The notes under the pieces are model-generated. The model saw only the letters and a list, made by a program, of their open reading frames with translations, was not told the origin of the DNA and searched no databases. The translations under genes were made by a program, and so were the position numbers. A DNA stretch of 64,000 nucleotides from an uncultured delta proteobacterium. GTDB taxonomy: Bacteria > Desulfobacterota > Syntrophia > Syntrophales > UBA2185. Positions within the stretch are counted from its first letter, which is position 1. The number at the start of each line of letters is the position of its first letter. The DNA lies in the NCBI GenBank assembly GCA_963729715.1, contig CAVSPA010000004.1, positions 32,001 to 96,000 of the forward strand, in the 5' to 3' direction. Below, in pieces: positions 12,154-21,932 of this stretch.

Positions 12154-13539
12154 ATGCCAGGAAAACAGAAAAAACCGTGGGGCGGGCGGTTCAGCCGGCC
12201 GACAGCCAAGATGGTCGAGGCATTCACTGCTTCGATTCACTTTGATAAACGCCTCTATCGCTATGACATCGAGGGAAGTATTGCCCATGCCCGGATGCTT
12301 TCCAAGCAGAAAATTATCTCCAGGAAGGATGAGAAAGTCATAGTTAAGGGGCTTACGGTAATCCTTCACGAAATAGAAAAAGGCCGATTTGCCTTCAAGC
12401 CTGAGGACGAAGACATCCACATGGCCATTGAGAAGGCCCTGATAGAGAGGACAGGAGCAGCGGGCGGAAAGCTCCATGCAGGAAGGAGTAGAAACGATCA
12501 GGTCTCGCTCGACGTCCGGATGTACCTGAGAGATGAAATCCGGCAGATTGTCGAAATCGTGTTGCGGCTGAAGGCAGCGCTCCTCGAGTTGGCCGGTAAG
12601 GAAGAAGGCACAATCCTGCCGGGATATACTCATATGCAGAGGGCGCAGCCCGTGCTCTTAGCCCATTATCTTCTCGCGTACTGGGAAATGCTGGATAGGG
12701 ATGAAGAGCGATTACGGGAATGTCACAAACGGGTGAACATCATGCCTTTGGGTTCGGCCGCCCTCGCAGGGACGGGTCTTCCCATAGACAGGGCATATGC
12801 CGCGAGACTGCTGAAATTTTCGGGAATATCTCGCAATAGTATGGACGCCGTATCGGATCGTGACTTTGTCGCAGAATTTATCTTTGTTGCTTCTCTTCTG
12901 ATGATGCACATGAGCCGGTTCTGTGAAGACCTCGTCATCTGGTCAACGGGTGAGTTTCAGTTTGCGGAGATTTCTGACGCTTTTACTACAGGCAGCAGTA
13001 TTATGCCGCAGAAGAAGAATCCCGACGTGGCCGAGCTTATCCGGGGAAAGGCAGGACGGGTATATGGAGATCTCGTTGCCGTGCTGACCATGATGAAGGG
13101 GCTTCCCATGACATATAACAGGGACCTTCAAGAGGATAAGGAACGGCTCTTCGATGCAGTGGATACGGCAAAGAGTTGTGCCGGCATTTTGTGTGAGATG
13201 GTGCCGCATTTGAAATTCAACAGGGAAAAAATGCTACAAGCAGCCTCGGGCGGATTTTCCACGGCGACGGACGTGGCAGAATATCTCGTCATGAAAGGTG
13301 TTCCTTTCCGGGAAGCACACAGGGTGGTCGGGCGGCTCGTTGCGTATTGCATTGAGAAGAAAAAGGACATGCCCGCACTAACGCTGGCGGAATTCCGGCG
13401 GTTCCACAGAGGCTTTGGGGAAGATGTCTACGCGCTTCTCAAGGTAGAGCACGCGGTGCATTCAAAGAGAAGCTCCGGAGGGACTTCGAAGAGAAATGTT
13501 TCGCTGCGACTCAAAGATATCAGAGGCAAGAAGAAGTGA
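12154..13539 (+). CDS. argH: Argininosuccinate lyase
   Basis: WGGRF, GRSRNDQ, GSSIMPQKKNPD. Confidence 0.97.
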   Translation: MPGKQKKPWGGRFSRPTAKMVEAFTASIHFDKRLYRYDIEGSIAHARMLSKQKIISRKDEKVIVKGLTVILHEIEKGRFAFKPEDEDIHMAIEKALIERTGAAGGKLHAGRSRNDQVSLDVRMYLRDEIRQIVEIVLRLKAALLELAGKEEGTILPGYTHMQRAQPVLLAHYLLAYWEMLDRDEERLRECHKRVNIMPLGSAALAGTGLPIDRAYAARLLKFSGISRNSMDAVSDRDFVAEFIFVASLLMMHMSRFCEDLVIWSTGEFQFAEISDAFTTGSSIMPQKKNPDVAELIRGKAGRVYGDLVAVLTMMKGLPMTYNRDLQEDKERLFDAVDTAKSCAGILCEMVPHLKFNREKMLQAASGGFSTATDVAEYLVMKGVPFREAHRVVGRLVAYCIEKKKDMPALTLAEFRRFHRGFGEDVYALLKVEHAVHSKRSSGGTSKRNVSLRLKDIRGKKK

Positions 13540-14027
13540 TACGATTTGTCAGGGTGCTGATTGCAGTTTTGTGCTCTGTGCTGGTCCTCGGGGGAGTGTT
13601 TTACGGATGCGGGAAAAAGGCTGATCCGCGGCCTTCCGGCTCTGCCCCTCCCAATGCCATTTCGGACCTCAAGGCGAGTCTTGCCGATTACGGGGTTGTT
13701 CTCCGCTGGACCATTCCGGATGCCAAAGGCGGCATTCAGAAATACAGGATCGAGAGGAGTGAACTTCGTGCGAAAGGGGCTACGTGCCCGGATTGTCCGC
13801 TCCAATATGCCGTTGTGGCGGAACTTTCATCCAATGATCCCAAGCTTGCGAGGGAAGGGGAGAATACCGTGCTCTATCTGGACGCCGGAATTAAGGCTGG
13901 GTATCTTTACTCGTATCGTATTGTAACATGCGATTTGTCGGGTCTTTGCAGCCAGGCCTCGAATATCGCGGAAGCTGTGTTCAGCCCTGGTTTTCCGCAG
14001 GGAAATGAAGGACCTGGGAAAAAATAA
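13536..14027 (+). CDS. Lipoprotein with LptM/YifL-like N-terminal motif and FnIII-like domain
   Basis: Signal peptide ending FYGC followed by CGKKADPRP; beta-rich VVLRW...YRIER...YSYRIV pattern; CPDC motif. Confidence 0.65.
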   Translation: MIRFVRVLIAVLCSVLVLGGVFYGCGKKADPRPSGSAPPNAISDLKASLADYGVVLRWTIPDAKGGIQKYRIERSELRAKGATCPDCPLQYAVVAELSSNDPKLAREGENTVLYLDAGIKAGYLYSYRIVTCDLSGLCSQASNIAEAVFSPGFPQGNEGPGKK

Positions 14028-14072
14028 ATCGACCCTCGCGGGAAGAGTATTGTTTTCTGAGATCAGAGATAA

Positions 14073-15329
14073 ATGAATTACTTTCATTATAAAAATAAGG
14101 CGCTGTGGTGCGAGGAAGTGCCTGTCACAGAGATTGCCCGGAAAGTAGGGACGCCCTTTTATCTCTACAGCGAGAGGACGTTGAAGCACCATTTCCGCGT
14201 GTTCGATGTGGCGTTTGCCAGCGTCCCGCATATTACATGCTTTGCCGTTAAGTCCAATTCAAATATCGCCGTCCTTAGAATTTTTATTGCCGAGGGAAGC
14301 GGCGTAGATATAGTCTCCGGAGGAGAGCTGTACCGGGCGCTTCACGCGGGAGTTGACGCGCGCAAGGTCGTTTATTCCGGCGTGGGGAAGAAGGTCGATG
14401 AAATCGAATATGCCCTCAACTCGAATATTCTGATGTTTAATGCGGAGTCTTCCCAGGAGCTTGAGGTGATCAATAGCTGTGCAGAAAGGCTAAGGAAGAA
14501 GGCTCGCATCGCATTGAGGGTCAACCCGGATGTGGATCCCGAAACCCATCCCCACATATCGACGGGGCTTATGAGCAATAAATTCGGGATCGACATTAAG
14601 AAGTCTCCCGAAGAATACCGCCGGGCGCGGGCACTGAAACAATTGGAAATTAGAGGCGTGAGCTGTCACATCGGATCACAGGTGACAAGGATTTCCCCCT
14701 TCCTTGACGCCCTCGAGCGTATCAAGAAGCTTGTACGACTGCTCCGGGACGACGGCATGGATATCAAGTATCTCGATCTCGGAGGAGGCCTCGGCATTAC
14801 CTACGATAAGGAGGATGTCCCTCATCCATCTGAGTATGCCAAGGCCATTATCGATGCTTCAAAGGATATAAATTGTACTTTCATTTTTGAGCCGGGAAGG
14901 GTAATTGTAGGTAATGCGGGAATTCTCGTAACTGAGGTTCTCTATACGAAAAGCAATGACGCGAAAAACTTTATCATCATTGATGCCGGGATGAACGATT
15001 TGGTACGTCCCAGTCTGTATAATTCGTACCATCGGATCCGGCCGGTGATTGAAAAAGAGAGAGAGGAAATCATCGCCGACGTAGTTGGTCCCATATGCGA
15101 GTCCGGCGACTACCTGGCGAAGGGAAGAAAGATTTCCAGATTTGAAAGAGGGGAGCTGATGGCTGTTATGAGCGCCGGTGCATATGGCTTCACGATGTCA
15201 TCCAACTATAATTCAAGAGGCAGGATACCGGAAGTTCTTGTCAGCGACAACAAATTTTTTGTAATTAGAAAAAGAGAGGTTTACGGGGATTTAATCAGGG
15301 GAGAGGTGATACCCGAATTCTTAAGATAA
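14073..15329 (+). CDS. lysA: Diaminopimelate decarboxylase
   Basis: FAVKSN (PLP Lys), HIGSQ, DLGGG, EPGR, GPICESGD, GAYG. Confidence 0.97.
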   Translation: MNYFHYKNKALWCEEVPVTEIARKVGTPFYLYSERTLKHHFRVFDVAFASVPHITCFAVKSNSNIAVLRIFIAEGSGVDIVSGGELYRALHAGVDARKVVYSGVGKKVDEIEYALNSNILMFNAESSQELEVINSCAERLRKKARIALRVNPDVDPETHPHISTGLMSNKFGIDIKKSPEEYRRARALKQLEIRGVSCHIGSQVTRISPFLDALERIKKLVRLLRDDGMDIKYLDLGGGLGITYDKEDVPHPSEYAKAIIDASKDINCTFIFEPGRVIVGNAGILVTEVLYTKSNDAKNFIIIDAGMNDLVRPSLYNSYHRIRPVIEKEREEIIADVVGPICESGDYLAKGRKISRFERGELMAVMSAGAYGFTMSSNYNSRGRIPEVLVSDNKFFVIRKREVYGDLIRGEVIPEFLR

Positions 15330-15338
15330 GGAGCGATT

Positions 15339-16214
15339 ATGTTTAGTGGAGCAATTGTGGCGATAGTCACGCCTTTCAAAAAAGGAAAAGTGGATGAGAA
15401 ATCCCTGAGGGAACTTATTGAGTTTCAGATCAAGAATGGAACTGACGGCATTGTTCCGTGTGGAACCACAGGCGAATCCTCGACCCTGTCTCATGAGGAA
15501 CATGACAGGGTAATTGAAATAACGATAGATGCCGCAAGAAAAAGGGTCCCGGTCATCGCTGGCACCGGCTCGAACAGCACGGAGGAAGCCCTGCGGCTGA
15601 CGAGGCATGCCCATGAGGCTGGCGCAGACGGGGCGCTGCTGGTCTGCCCGTATTATAACAGGCCGACCCAGGAGGGCCTTTATCAGCATTTCAAGACTAT
15701 CGCGGAGAGTGTTCCCATTCCGATTATCCCGTACAACATTCCCAGCAGGACTGGTGTTAATCTCTTGCCGGAGACGGTTGCGAGACTCGCGAAAATAAGC
15801 AATATCGTGGGAATCAAGGAGGCGTCAGGCTCTTTGAAGCAGATGCAGGATGTGATCAGTCTCTGCGGCGATAAATTTGATGTCCTCTCAGGCGATGATT
15901 TTTTTACCTTTCCCCTGTTGGCGATAGGCGGCCGGGGCATCGTTTCCGTTGTTTCCAACATCGCACCTGCCGACATGGCGGCCATGGTAGACGCCTTCGC
16001 TGGGGGTGACGTCAAAAGGGCGCAGCGGCTGCATCATAAGCTGGTTCCCTTGATTGATGCACTCTTCATAGAAACGAACCCGGTACCGGTCAAGGCAGCG
16101 CTCTCGATGATGGGCAAGATTGCCTACGATGTGCGGCTTCCCATGTATAAGATGTCGGACGGCAACTATGAGAAGCTTAAGGCAGTGATGAAAAATTACG
16201 GGCTGATCTCATAA
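15339..16214 (+). CDS. dapA: 4-hydroxy-tetrahydrodipicolinate synthase
   Basis: GTTGES, PYYNRP, YNIPSRTG, GIKEASG, ETNPVPVK. Confidence 0.96.
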   Translation: MFSGAIVAIVTPFKKGKVDEKSLRELIEFQIKNGTDGIVPCGTTGESSTLSHEEHDRVIEITIDAARKRVPVIAGTGSNSTEEALRLTRHAHEAGADGALLVCPYYNRPTQEGLYQHFKTIAESVPIPIIPYNIPSRTGVNLLPETVARLAKISNIVGIKEASGSLKQMQDVISLCGDKFDVLSGDDFFTFPLLAIGGRGIVSVVSNIAPADMAAMVDAFAGGDVKRAQRLHHKLVPLIDALFIETNPVPVKAALSMMGKIAYDVRLPMYKMSDGNYEKLKAVMKNYGLIS

Positions 16215-16227
16215 TGTGAGATGCTTT

Positions 16228-16316
16228 TGTCATACCCGCAAGTATTTATCGGGTATCCAGTTCTTGCAGATATCGCAAGATCTGGATTTCCGCTAAAAAG
16301 CACTGCGGGAATGACA
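16228..16316. repeat. REP-like palindromic element (TGTCATxCCCGC...GCGGGAATGACA family)
   Basis: Terminal inverted repeats TGTCATACCCGCA / TGCGGGAATGACA with an internal ATCCAG...CTGGAT stem. Confidence 0.75.
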
Positions 16317-16361
16317 GGTGGTACGAGAACCCTGACGATGATGTGCTTTGGTTTTCGCTCG
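16312..16361. repeat. Dispersed 50-bp repeat shared with 36702-36751
   Basis: 43/50 identical to 36702-36751 (manual alignment). Confidence 0.75.
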
Positions 16362-16439
16362 TGATGACAATATAAATGATATTGCGGTGTAGGTTTAAGA
16401 AGTCCTTAAGAGATGTTTTAGCAACACAGGAGATTAGAG

Positions 16440-17249
16440 ATGATCAAAGCCATCGTTACCGGCGCTGGCGGCAGGATGGGAGGCAGGATTATAAGCCTTC
16501 TGTCTGAGTCTGATGAGATAAGATTGGCGGGCGCCGTGGAGCAGAAGGGGCATCCTACAATCGGCCAGGATATAGGGGAGAAGCTCGGCCTCGGCAAAAC
16601 AGGAGTTCTTGTCGATGATCATCTTGCGGCATGCATCGAAAAAGGCGACGTGGTCATCGATTTCACCCATCATGAGGTATCAGTGGGACATCTCGAGGTA
16701 GCTCGCGAAAAAGGCCGTGCCATTGTTATTGGTTCTACGGGCTTTACCGCCGATGAAATGGCAAAGGTCAGGAAGATTGCGGCCGGAACCCGCTGCGTCC
16801 TCTCGCCCAATATGAGCATCGGCGTAAATGTCATGTTCAAGGTTCTCGACTATGTGGCCGGAATACTCGGGGATGATTACAATGTAGAGATAGTGGAGGC
16901 GCACCACAATTTAAAAAAGGACGCTCCGAGCGGGACAGCGATGAAGATGGCGCAGATCATATCGGAAAAACTGGGACGTGATCTTGAGAAGGTTGGTGTC
17001 TTTGTCAGGAAAGGCATGATCGGTGAAAGGACCAAATCCGAAATCGGGATTCAAACACTGAGGGCCGGGGATATAGTTGGAGAGCATACGGTCATGTTTG
17101 GTGGAGTCGGTGAGAGACTGGAATTCATTCACCGCGCCCACAGCCGGGACAATTTCGCGAGGGGCGCCATACTGGCGGCGAAGTGGATCGTGAATCAGAG
17201 AAACGGTCTCTATGATATGCAGGACGTCCTGGGGATGAGGGGGAAGTGA
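16440..17249 (+). CDS. dapB: 4-hydroxy-tetrahydrodipicolinate reductase
   Basis: GAGGRMG, IDFT, EAHHNLKKDAPSGTA, GDIVGEH. Confidence 0.96.
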   Translation: MIKAIVTGAGGRMGGRIISLLSESDEIRLAGAVEQKGHPTIGQDIGEKLGLGKTGVLVDDHLAACIEKGDVVIDFTHHEVSVGHLEVAREKGRAIVIGSTGFTADEMAKVRKIAAGTRCVLSPNMSIGVNVMFKVLDYVAGILGDDYNVEIVEAHHNLKKDAPSGTAMKMAQIISEKLGRDLEKVGVFVRKGMIGERTKSEIGIQTLRAGDIVGEHTVMFGGVGERLEFIHRAHSRDNFARGAILAAKWIVNQRNGLYDMQDVLGMRGK

Positions 17250-17255
17250 CTTTAG

Positions 17256-17795
17256 GTGCACGCTCAATTGTCAGATGATGTCCGCGGAGTTATCGCCTTT
17301 ATCGGTATCGGCTCCAATATGAACGATCCTGCGGCAAGGTGCAGGGAGGCTCTTTGTTTCCTGTCTCAAGGAAGCGGCATAAAAGTCCTGCGGCAGTCGT
17401 CTTTCTACCGCACCGAACCTGTCGGATTTGAAAAGCAGGATTGGTTTATTAACGCGGTAGCGGAGATAAGAACGGACTTGTATCCCCGTGAGCTGCTGAG
17501 AACCACGCAAGAGATGGAGGAGAAGATGGGACGGATAAGAGGACCCAAGTGGGGACCGCGTGTTATGGATCTCGACATCCTTCTTTATGGCCAGGAGGTA
17601 CTAAAGGATGATGACCTGGTAATACCCCATCCGGATCTTCACAAGAGGCGATTCGTTCTTGAACCTCTGTGTGAAATAGCGTCGTATGCGATTCACCCGA
17701 TCTTCGGAGTTTCCATGCACGGACTAATGGAGAGACTCGATGATGAAAGCAGGGTTTACCTGCACAGTAGAAATGGAGAACCATGCTTGGCTTAA
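17256..17795 (+). CDS. folK: 2-amino-4-hydroxy-6-hydroxymethyldihydropteridine pyrophosphokinase
   Basis: IGIGSN, FINAV, WGPRVMDLDIL, IPHP, RRFVLEPL. Confidence 0.95.
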   Translation: MHAQLSDDVRGVIAFIGIGSNMNDPAARCREALCFLSQGSGIKVLRQSSFYRTEPVGFEKQDWFINAVAEIRTDLYPRELLRTTQEMEEKMGRIRGPKWGPRVMDLDILLYGQEVLKDDDLVIPHPDLHKRRFVLEPLCEIASYAIHPIFGVSMHGLMERLDDESRVYLHSRNGEPCLA

Positions 17796-18076
17796 TTCGC
17801 TTACTTATTTTTGCTTTTATCATTTACCTTGTCTATAGGCTCGTTAAGTGGATAGTCCAATCACCGGGCATCAAGGGCCGGGACATGCCGGGGCATCAGG
17901 TGCCTGCCGCGCCAGGCGAAGATCTGGTGGAGGACCCGTACTGTCATATATACGTGCCGATGAGCCAGGCCCATAAAGCCGTGATTGACGGGCAGGACTT
18001 ATATTTTTGCAGTGAAACGTGCTTGGGAAAATACATATCGGAGCACTCAACAAAGAAAGCGCAGGGGGCCGCATGA
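17783..18076 (+). CDS. YHS/TRASH domain membrane-anchored protein
   Basis: N-terminal TM helix; DPYC...YFCSETC metal-binding motif. Confidence 0.85.
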   Translation: MLGLIRLLIFAFIIYLVYRLVKWIVQSPGIKGRDMPGHQVPAAPGEDLVEDPYCHIYVPMSQAHKAVIDGQDLYFCSETCLGKYISEHSTKKAQGAA

Positions 18077-18723
18077 AATTTTTTATCGATTCCGCAAATA
18101 TTAACGAAGTCAAGGAAGGCATCAGCCTGGGGATGGTTGACGGGGTGACTACCAACCCGTCATTGATTGCGAAGGAGAAAAGGGGATTCGAAGAGGTTGT
18201 AAAGGAGATCCTCGATGTGGTGGACGGGCCGGTGAGTTTGGAGATCATCGGCTTGGAAGCAAAAGGCATGGTCCGCGAAGGGAAGAAGCTCGCGAAACTG
18301 GGCGCGAATGCCGTGATAAAGGTTCCCATGACCACAGAGGGGTTGAAAGCCACAAGGATTTTTGCAGACGCCGGAATCAGGGTTAATCAGACGCTGATTT
18401 TTTCAGCCGTACAGGCCTTGATGGCGGCAAAAGCGGGTGCTGCATATGTCAGCCCCTTCGTAGGCAGGCTTGATGATATTTCCCATGACGGGATGGGATT
18501 AGTGGAGCAGATCATTACCATCTTTGATAACTATGGCTTTGAAACGGAGGTCATCGTGGCAAGCGTAAGACACCCGCTGCATGTCCTGGAAGCGGCCCTT
18601 ATGGGCGCTGATATCGCTACCATACCATTTAACGTGATCGAAAAGCTCGCCAAGCATCCACTGACGGATAAAGGGATAGAGATGTTTTTAGCTGACTGGA
18701 AGAAAGTTCCCAAGAACAGATAA
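18073..18723 (+). CDS. tal: Transaldolase (TalC/FSA subfamily); start ATG 18073
   Basis: [25 protein letters not shown] and SPFVGRLDD carry the Glu and Phe typical of transaldolase rather than the Gln and Tyr of FSA. Confidence 0.85.
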   Translation: MKFFIDSANINEVKEGISLGMVDGVTTNPSLIAKEKRGFEEVVKEILDVVDGPVSLEIIGLEAKGMVREGKKLAKLGANAVIKVPMTTEGLKATRIFADAGIRVNQTLIFSAVQALMAAKAGAAYVSPFVGRLDDISHDGMGLVEQIITIFDNYGFETEVIVASVRHPLHVLEAALMGADIATIPFNVIEKLAKHPLTDKGIEMFLADWKKVPKNR

Positions 18724-18742
18724 CAGGCATGGGCATGCTGAT

Positions 18743-19345
18743 ATGATTGGTTTCATAAAAAAATCTTTTGGCCGGCTGCCGGACCTGACGGAGAAGGGGG
18801 CGCGCTTAAACTTTCCCAACATAATAACCCTGCTCCGGGTTACCGTCATTCCCGTATTATTTTTTCTCCTTCTTTCTCCCGGCCGGGATGGGAGTCTCGT
18901 AATTGCGGGATTATTTATTCTTGCTGCGCTTACGGACCTCCTTGACGGGTATCTGGCCAGGAAATATGAGATCGTCACAGTGATGGGGAAATTCCTGGAT
19001 CCCATCGCGGACAAGCTCATCGTGAACACGGCGATGATCCTGATGATCCCCATAGGACGTATCTCCGCATGGATTGTCGCCATCATAATTATCAGGGATT
19101 TTGTCGTCGATGGCGTGAGGGCAATATCCCAGTCGGAGGGCTTTATCATTCAGGCAAGCAAGCTCGGCAAGCAAAAAACCCTTTGTCAGGTGTTTGCCGT
19201 ATCCGCCCTTATGATTCATTATCCCTTTCTCGGCGCAGATGCCCATGTAGTCGGGACCGTGATACTCTATATTGCCCTCGTACTATCCGTCACGTCGGGC
19301 ATAGATTATTTGATAAAGTTTTATGAGAATATCTCAAGCCGATAA
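18743..19345 (+). CDS. pgsA: CDP-diacylglycerol--glycerol-3-phosphate 3-phosphatidyltransferase
   Basis: PNIITLLR and the CDP-alcohol phosphotransferase motif TDLLDGYLAR...GKFLDPIADK; near tRNA-Gly/Cys as in other bacteria. Confidence 0.92.
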   Translation: MIGFIKKSFGRLPDLTEKGARLNFPNIITLLRVTVIPVLFFLLLSPGRDGSLVIAGLFILAALTDLLDGYLARKYEIVTVMGKFLDPIADKLIVNTAMILMIPIGRISAWIVAIIIIRDFVVDGVRAISQSEGFIIQASKLGKQKTLCQVFAVSALMIHYPFLGADAHVVGTVILYIALVLSVTSGIDYLIKFYENISSR

Positions 19346-19356
19346 GAAGGATCGCA

Positions 19357-20172
19357 ATGATCGATACTTCCAAATCAGATTATTCATCCTTTGATAGCCC
19401 CACGATCTCAGCCTCTTTGTTTTATCCCCGCCCCGAGTATGGTGCACCCGCTGACGATGAAGAAGTCGAGTCGATCCTTATTCCCGTTGAGAAAGACGTG
19501 GTGGTTGGCGCCCGGTTTTACATGGCTGGTCCGGAGGCGGCAACGATTTTTTTCTTTCACGGCAATGGGGAGATCGTTGCCGATTATGACGAGCTCGGGA
19601 TAGTCTATAACGATATGGGTATAAATTTCTTTCCCATCGATTACCGCGGCTACGGCCGCTCTACGGGTAGGCCTACAGTCACGGCCATAATGCGGGATAG
19701 TCACACCGTTTTCGGCTTTATGAAAAACCATCTTGCGAAGAAAGGATACACCGGCCCGGTCATAGTGATGGGGAGATCACTCGGCAGCGCTCCCGCCCTT
19801 GATCTGGCATTTCATTACAAAGATGAGATTGATGGACTCATCATTGACAGTGGCTTTGCCTACGCAGGCCCGTTGCTGCTTCTTTTCGGCATTGACATGC
19901 AGGCCTTGGGCATGAGCGAAGAGCAGGGATTTCGCAATTTGGATAAGATGCGCAGCTTCGACAAACCCACGCTCGTTATTCACGCAGAGTTCGACCATAT
20001 TATTCCTTTTTCAGAAGGGCAGCTTCTCTTTGAAGCGAGTCCTTCCCGGCATAAAAAATTTCTGAAGGTTCCGGGGGCGAATCACAACGATATCTTTGCG
20101 CATGGCATAGCGGCGTATCTCGAATCCGTAAAGTGGCTGGTGGAGGAGAGCACGGGGCCTTTGGCAAAATAA
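19357..20172 (+). CDS. Alpha/beta hydrolase (ABHD13/17-like)
   Basis: FFHGNGE, DYRGYG, GRSLG nucleophile, HAEFD, GANHND. Confidence 0.9.
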   Translation: MIDTSKSDYSSFDSPTISASLFYPRPEYGAPADDEEVESILIPVEKDVVVGARFYMAGPEAATIFFFHGNGEIVADYDELGIVYNDMGINFFPIDYRGYGRSTGRPTVTAIMRDSHTVFGFMKNHLAKKGYTGPVIVMGRSLGSAPALDLAFHYKDEIDGLIIDSGFAYAGPLLLLFGIDMQALGMSEEQGFRNLDKMRSFDKPTLVIHAEFDHIIPFSEGQLLFEASPSRHKKFLKVPGANHNDIFAHGIAAYLESVKWLVEESTGPLAK

Positions 20173-20192
20173 TGGCTTAAAATGAATTTTTA

Positions 20193-20220
20193 TTGACAAA
20201 CCTGTTCAATTTGATATAGG
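20193..20220 (+). promoter_or_regulatory. Candidate sigma70 promoter for the tRNA pair
   Basis: Perfect TTGACA at 20193-20198; imperfect extended -10 TGATATAGG. Confidence 0.45.
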
Positions 20221-20235
20221 AAACGTACTTCATGA

Positions 20236-20310
20236 GCGGGCGTAACTCAGGGGTAGAGTGCCACCTTGCCAAGGTGGACGTCGACGGTTCAAATCCGTTC
20301 GCCCGCTCCA
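20236..20310 (+). tRNA. tRNA-Gly(GCC)
   Basis: GCGGGCG acceptor stem, anticodon arm CCACC-TTGCCAA-GGTGG, GGTTCAAATCC T-loop, encoded CCA. Confidence 0.97.
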
Positions 20311-20317
20311 TTTATTT

Positions 20318-20393
20318 GGCGGCATAGCCAAGTGGTTAAGGCAGCGGTCTGCAAAACCGTTATTCATCGGTTCGAATCCGATTGCCGCCTCCA
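20318..20393 (+). tRNA. tRNA-Cys(GCA)
   Basis: GGCGGCA acceptor stem, anticodon arm GCGGT-CTGCAAA-ACCGT, GGTTCGAATCC, encoded CCA. Confidence 0.97.
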
Positions 20394-20403
20394 GATAAGA
20401 TTG

Positions 20404-20435
20404 AGGGGTTATCCATTTCAGGTTAGCCCCTTTTT
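20404..20435 (+). terminator. Rho-independent terminator after the tRNAs
   Basis: AGGGGTTA...TAGCCCCT stem followed by a T run. Confidence 0.7.
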
Positions 20436-20778
20436 AAGTTATGAGAGCATCTTTCCCCAAAGCCTTCTTTCCCAGTCAAGTTGACTTTCCTAATAGAGTC
20501 GTAGCTTTCGCTTTTCATATTCAAAAATGGTCATAGATGTCAATTGTGGTGCTTATGCTGCCATCTAATAGTCGACTGAGGAAACGCCTGCAAAGCATAT
20601 TACCTGCGTTTTCGACGGTTCCATCATCGGCATAGATTTAGAGAAAAGGAACATACAATAATCTTCAATTATTGACACATTATGCAAAAGTGATTAATGA
20701 AAGATTTAAAAGTGGTTTGGCGGTCTTCTAAGGTCGTTTACTAAGATTACTAGACAGGCGAATTACTAAAAGAAACTT

Positions 20779-21123
20779 TTATTCTGGGTCTATTCCATAT
20801 TTTCGTATTTCCTGTACCATTATTTGTTGCCACTCGGACATACGATCATATAAATTGATAGCTTCATCTTTGTTCTCAACCATTAGGATTGCCCAGGAGA
20901 GGTTTAGGGGATTAACGTTATGAAGCATACGGAGAACTTCTGTTGCTAAATGTAGATCCCCGTTCCCCTTGTAACGTTTCCTAACATAAGTATTCGCAAT
21001 ATCTATTGGGTTCATCCTTGGGTTTCTTTCCTTTATCGTCTTCCAGCCTTGTGCAACAGTTCTCGCTGTTTCCCCGATACGACCCTTTCTTGCCAACCAC
21101 TTAGCAAAACCCATATTGCCCAA
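20779..21123 (-). CDS. Hypothetical protein (start may be the second Met)
   Basis: 114-aa ORF with protein-like composition and no overlapping gene; no recognised motif. Confidence 0.55.
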   Translation of the reverse strand: MGNMGFAKWLARKGRIGETARTVAQGWKTIKERNPRMNPIDIANTYVRKRYKGNGDLHLATEVLRMLHNVNPLNLSWAILMVENKDEAINLYDRMSEWQQIMVQEIRKYGIDPE

Positions 21124-21506
21124 TAATCCTTGGTCTTTTATTGTTACGGTTCATTACTGAGGAACACGCTCTCAGTACTCTATATATTCTGCTGAAAACA
21201 ACGCGAAAAAAATACGGGGAGAATGGCCGGTAAAAACTATTATTCGTGATAATGAGCATACTGAGGAATGTTTGGATTTTTTATTTAGAGAGGTTATGCA
21301 GTTGGTTGTAATATCGTAGCAAGAAGACGAATAGGAAAGTGAGGACTTCAGGATGCGATAAACGGGGTAGTGTAGACTTGACATACCTGCTGTATGAAAT
21401 TGCAGATTCTAAATCTTAAATTTTACCTTTTGTAATCTTCGATGCGCAAGAAGTCGATACACTATCAAGGCATGAATAATACGTCGAGCATTCTTGTCCG
21501 TTTTCA

Positions 21507-21932
21507 TCATGGAGGAATGTTCTGCAACGCCCAGTAGGAACCGATTTCGGTGACTATCTTGATGAAATCCTCATAGAAGACAGGTTTTGTGATATAGCTG
21601 TTGGCACCAAGCCGGTAGCTCTCCAATCTATCCCGGTCTTCAAATGAAGATGAAAAAACCACTACAGGGATCATTTTTGTCATTTCGTTCGCTCTGATTG
21701 TCTGAAGAAGCTCAAGCCCGTCTATTTTCGGCAACCTCAGATCAAGCAGGATCACACAGGGTTGTTGATATGAATCACGACCAGAAAATTCTCCGGTTGC
21801 AAAAAGATAGTCTAAAACTTCTTCGCCTTCTCGAAAGACTTTGACCCTATCGGCCAGGTTATGTTTCTTAAGAGCTTCAAGCATGAACTCCACGTTATAT
21901 TTATTGTCTTCTACAAGCAAGATATCCAGCAT
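21507..21932 (-). CDS. Single-domain response regulator (Rcp1-like)
   Basis: ILLVEDN, ILLDLRLPKIDGLE, IPVVVFSSS, GANSYITKP. Confidence 0.9.
   Translation of the reverse strand: MLDILLVEDNKYNVEFMLEALKKHNLADRVKVFREGEEVLDYLFATGEFSGRDSYQQPCVILLDLRLPKIDGLELLQTIRANEMTKMIPVVVFSSSFEDRDRLESYRLGANSYITKPVFYEDFIKIVTEIGSYWALQNIPP

Noticed and set aside
20236..20393. tRNA-targeted genomic island with attL/attR
   Set aside because: No duplicated tRNA 3' end or adjacent integrase was seen in the window.
20266..20484. 72-aa ORF in the track
   Set aside because: It overlaps two clear tRNA genes and is spurious.
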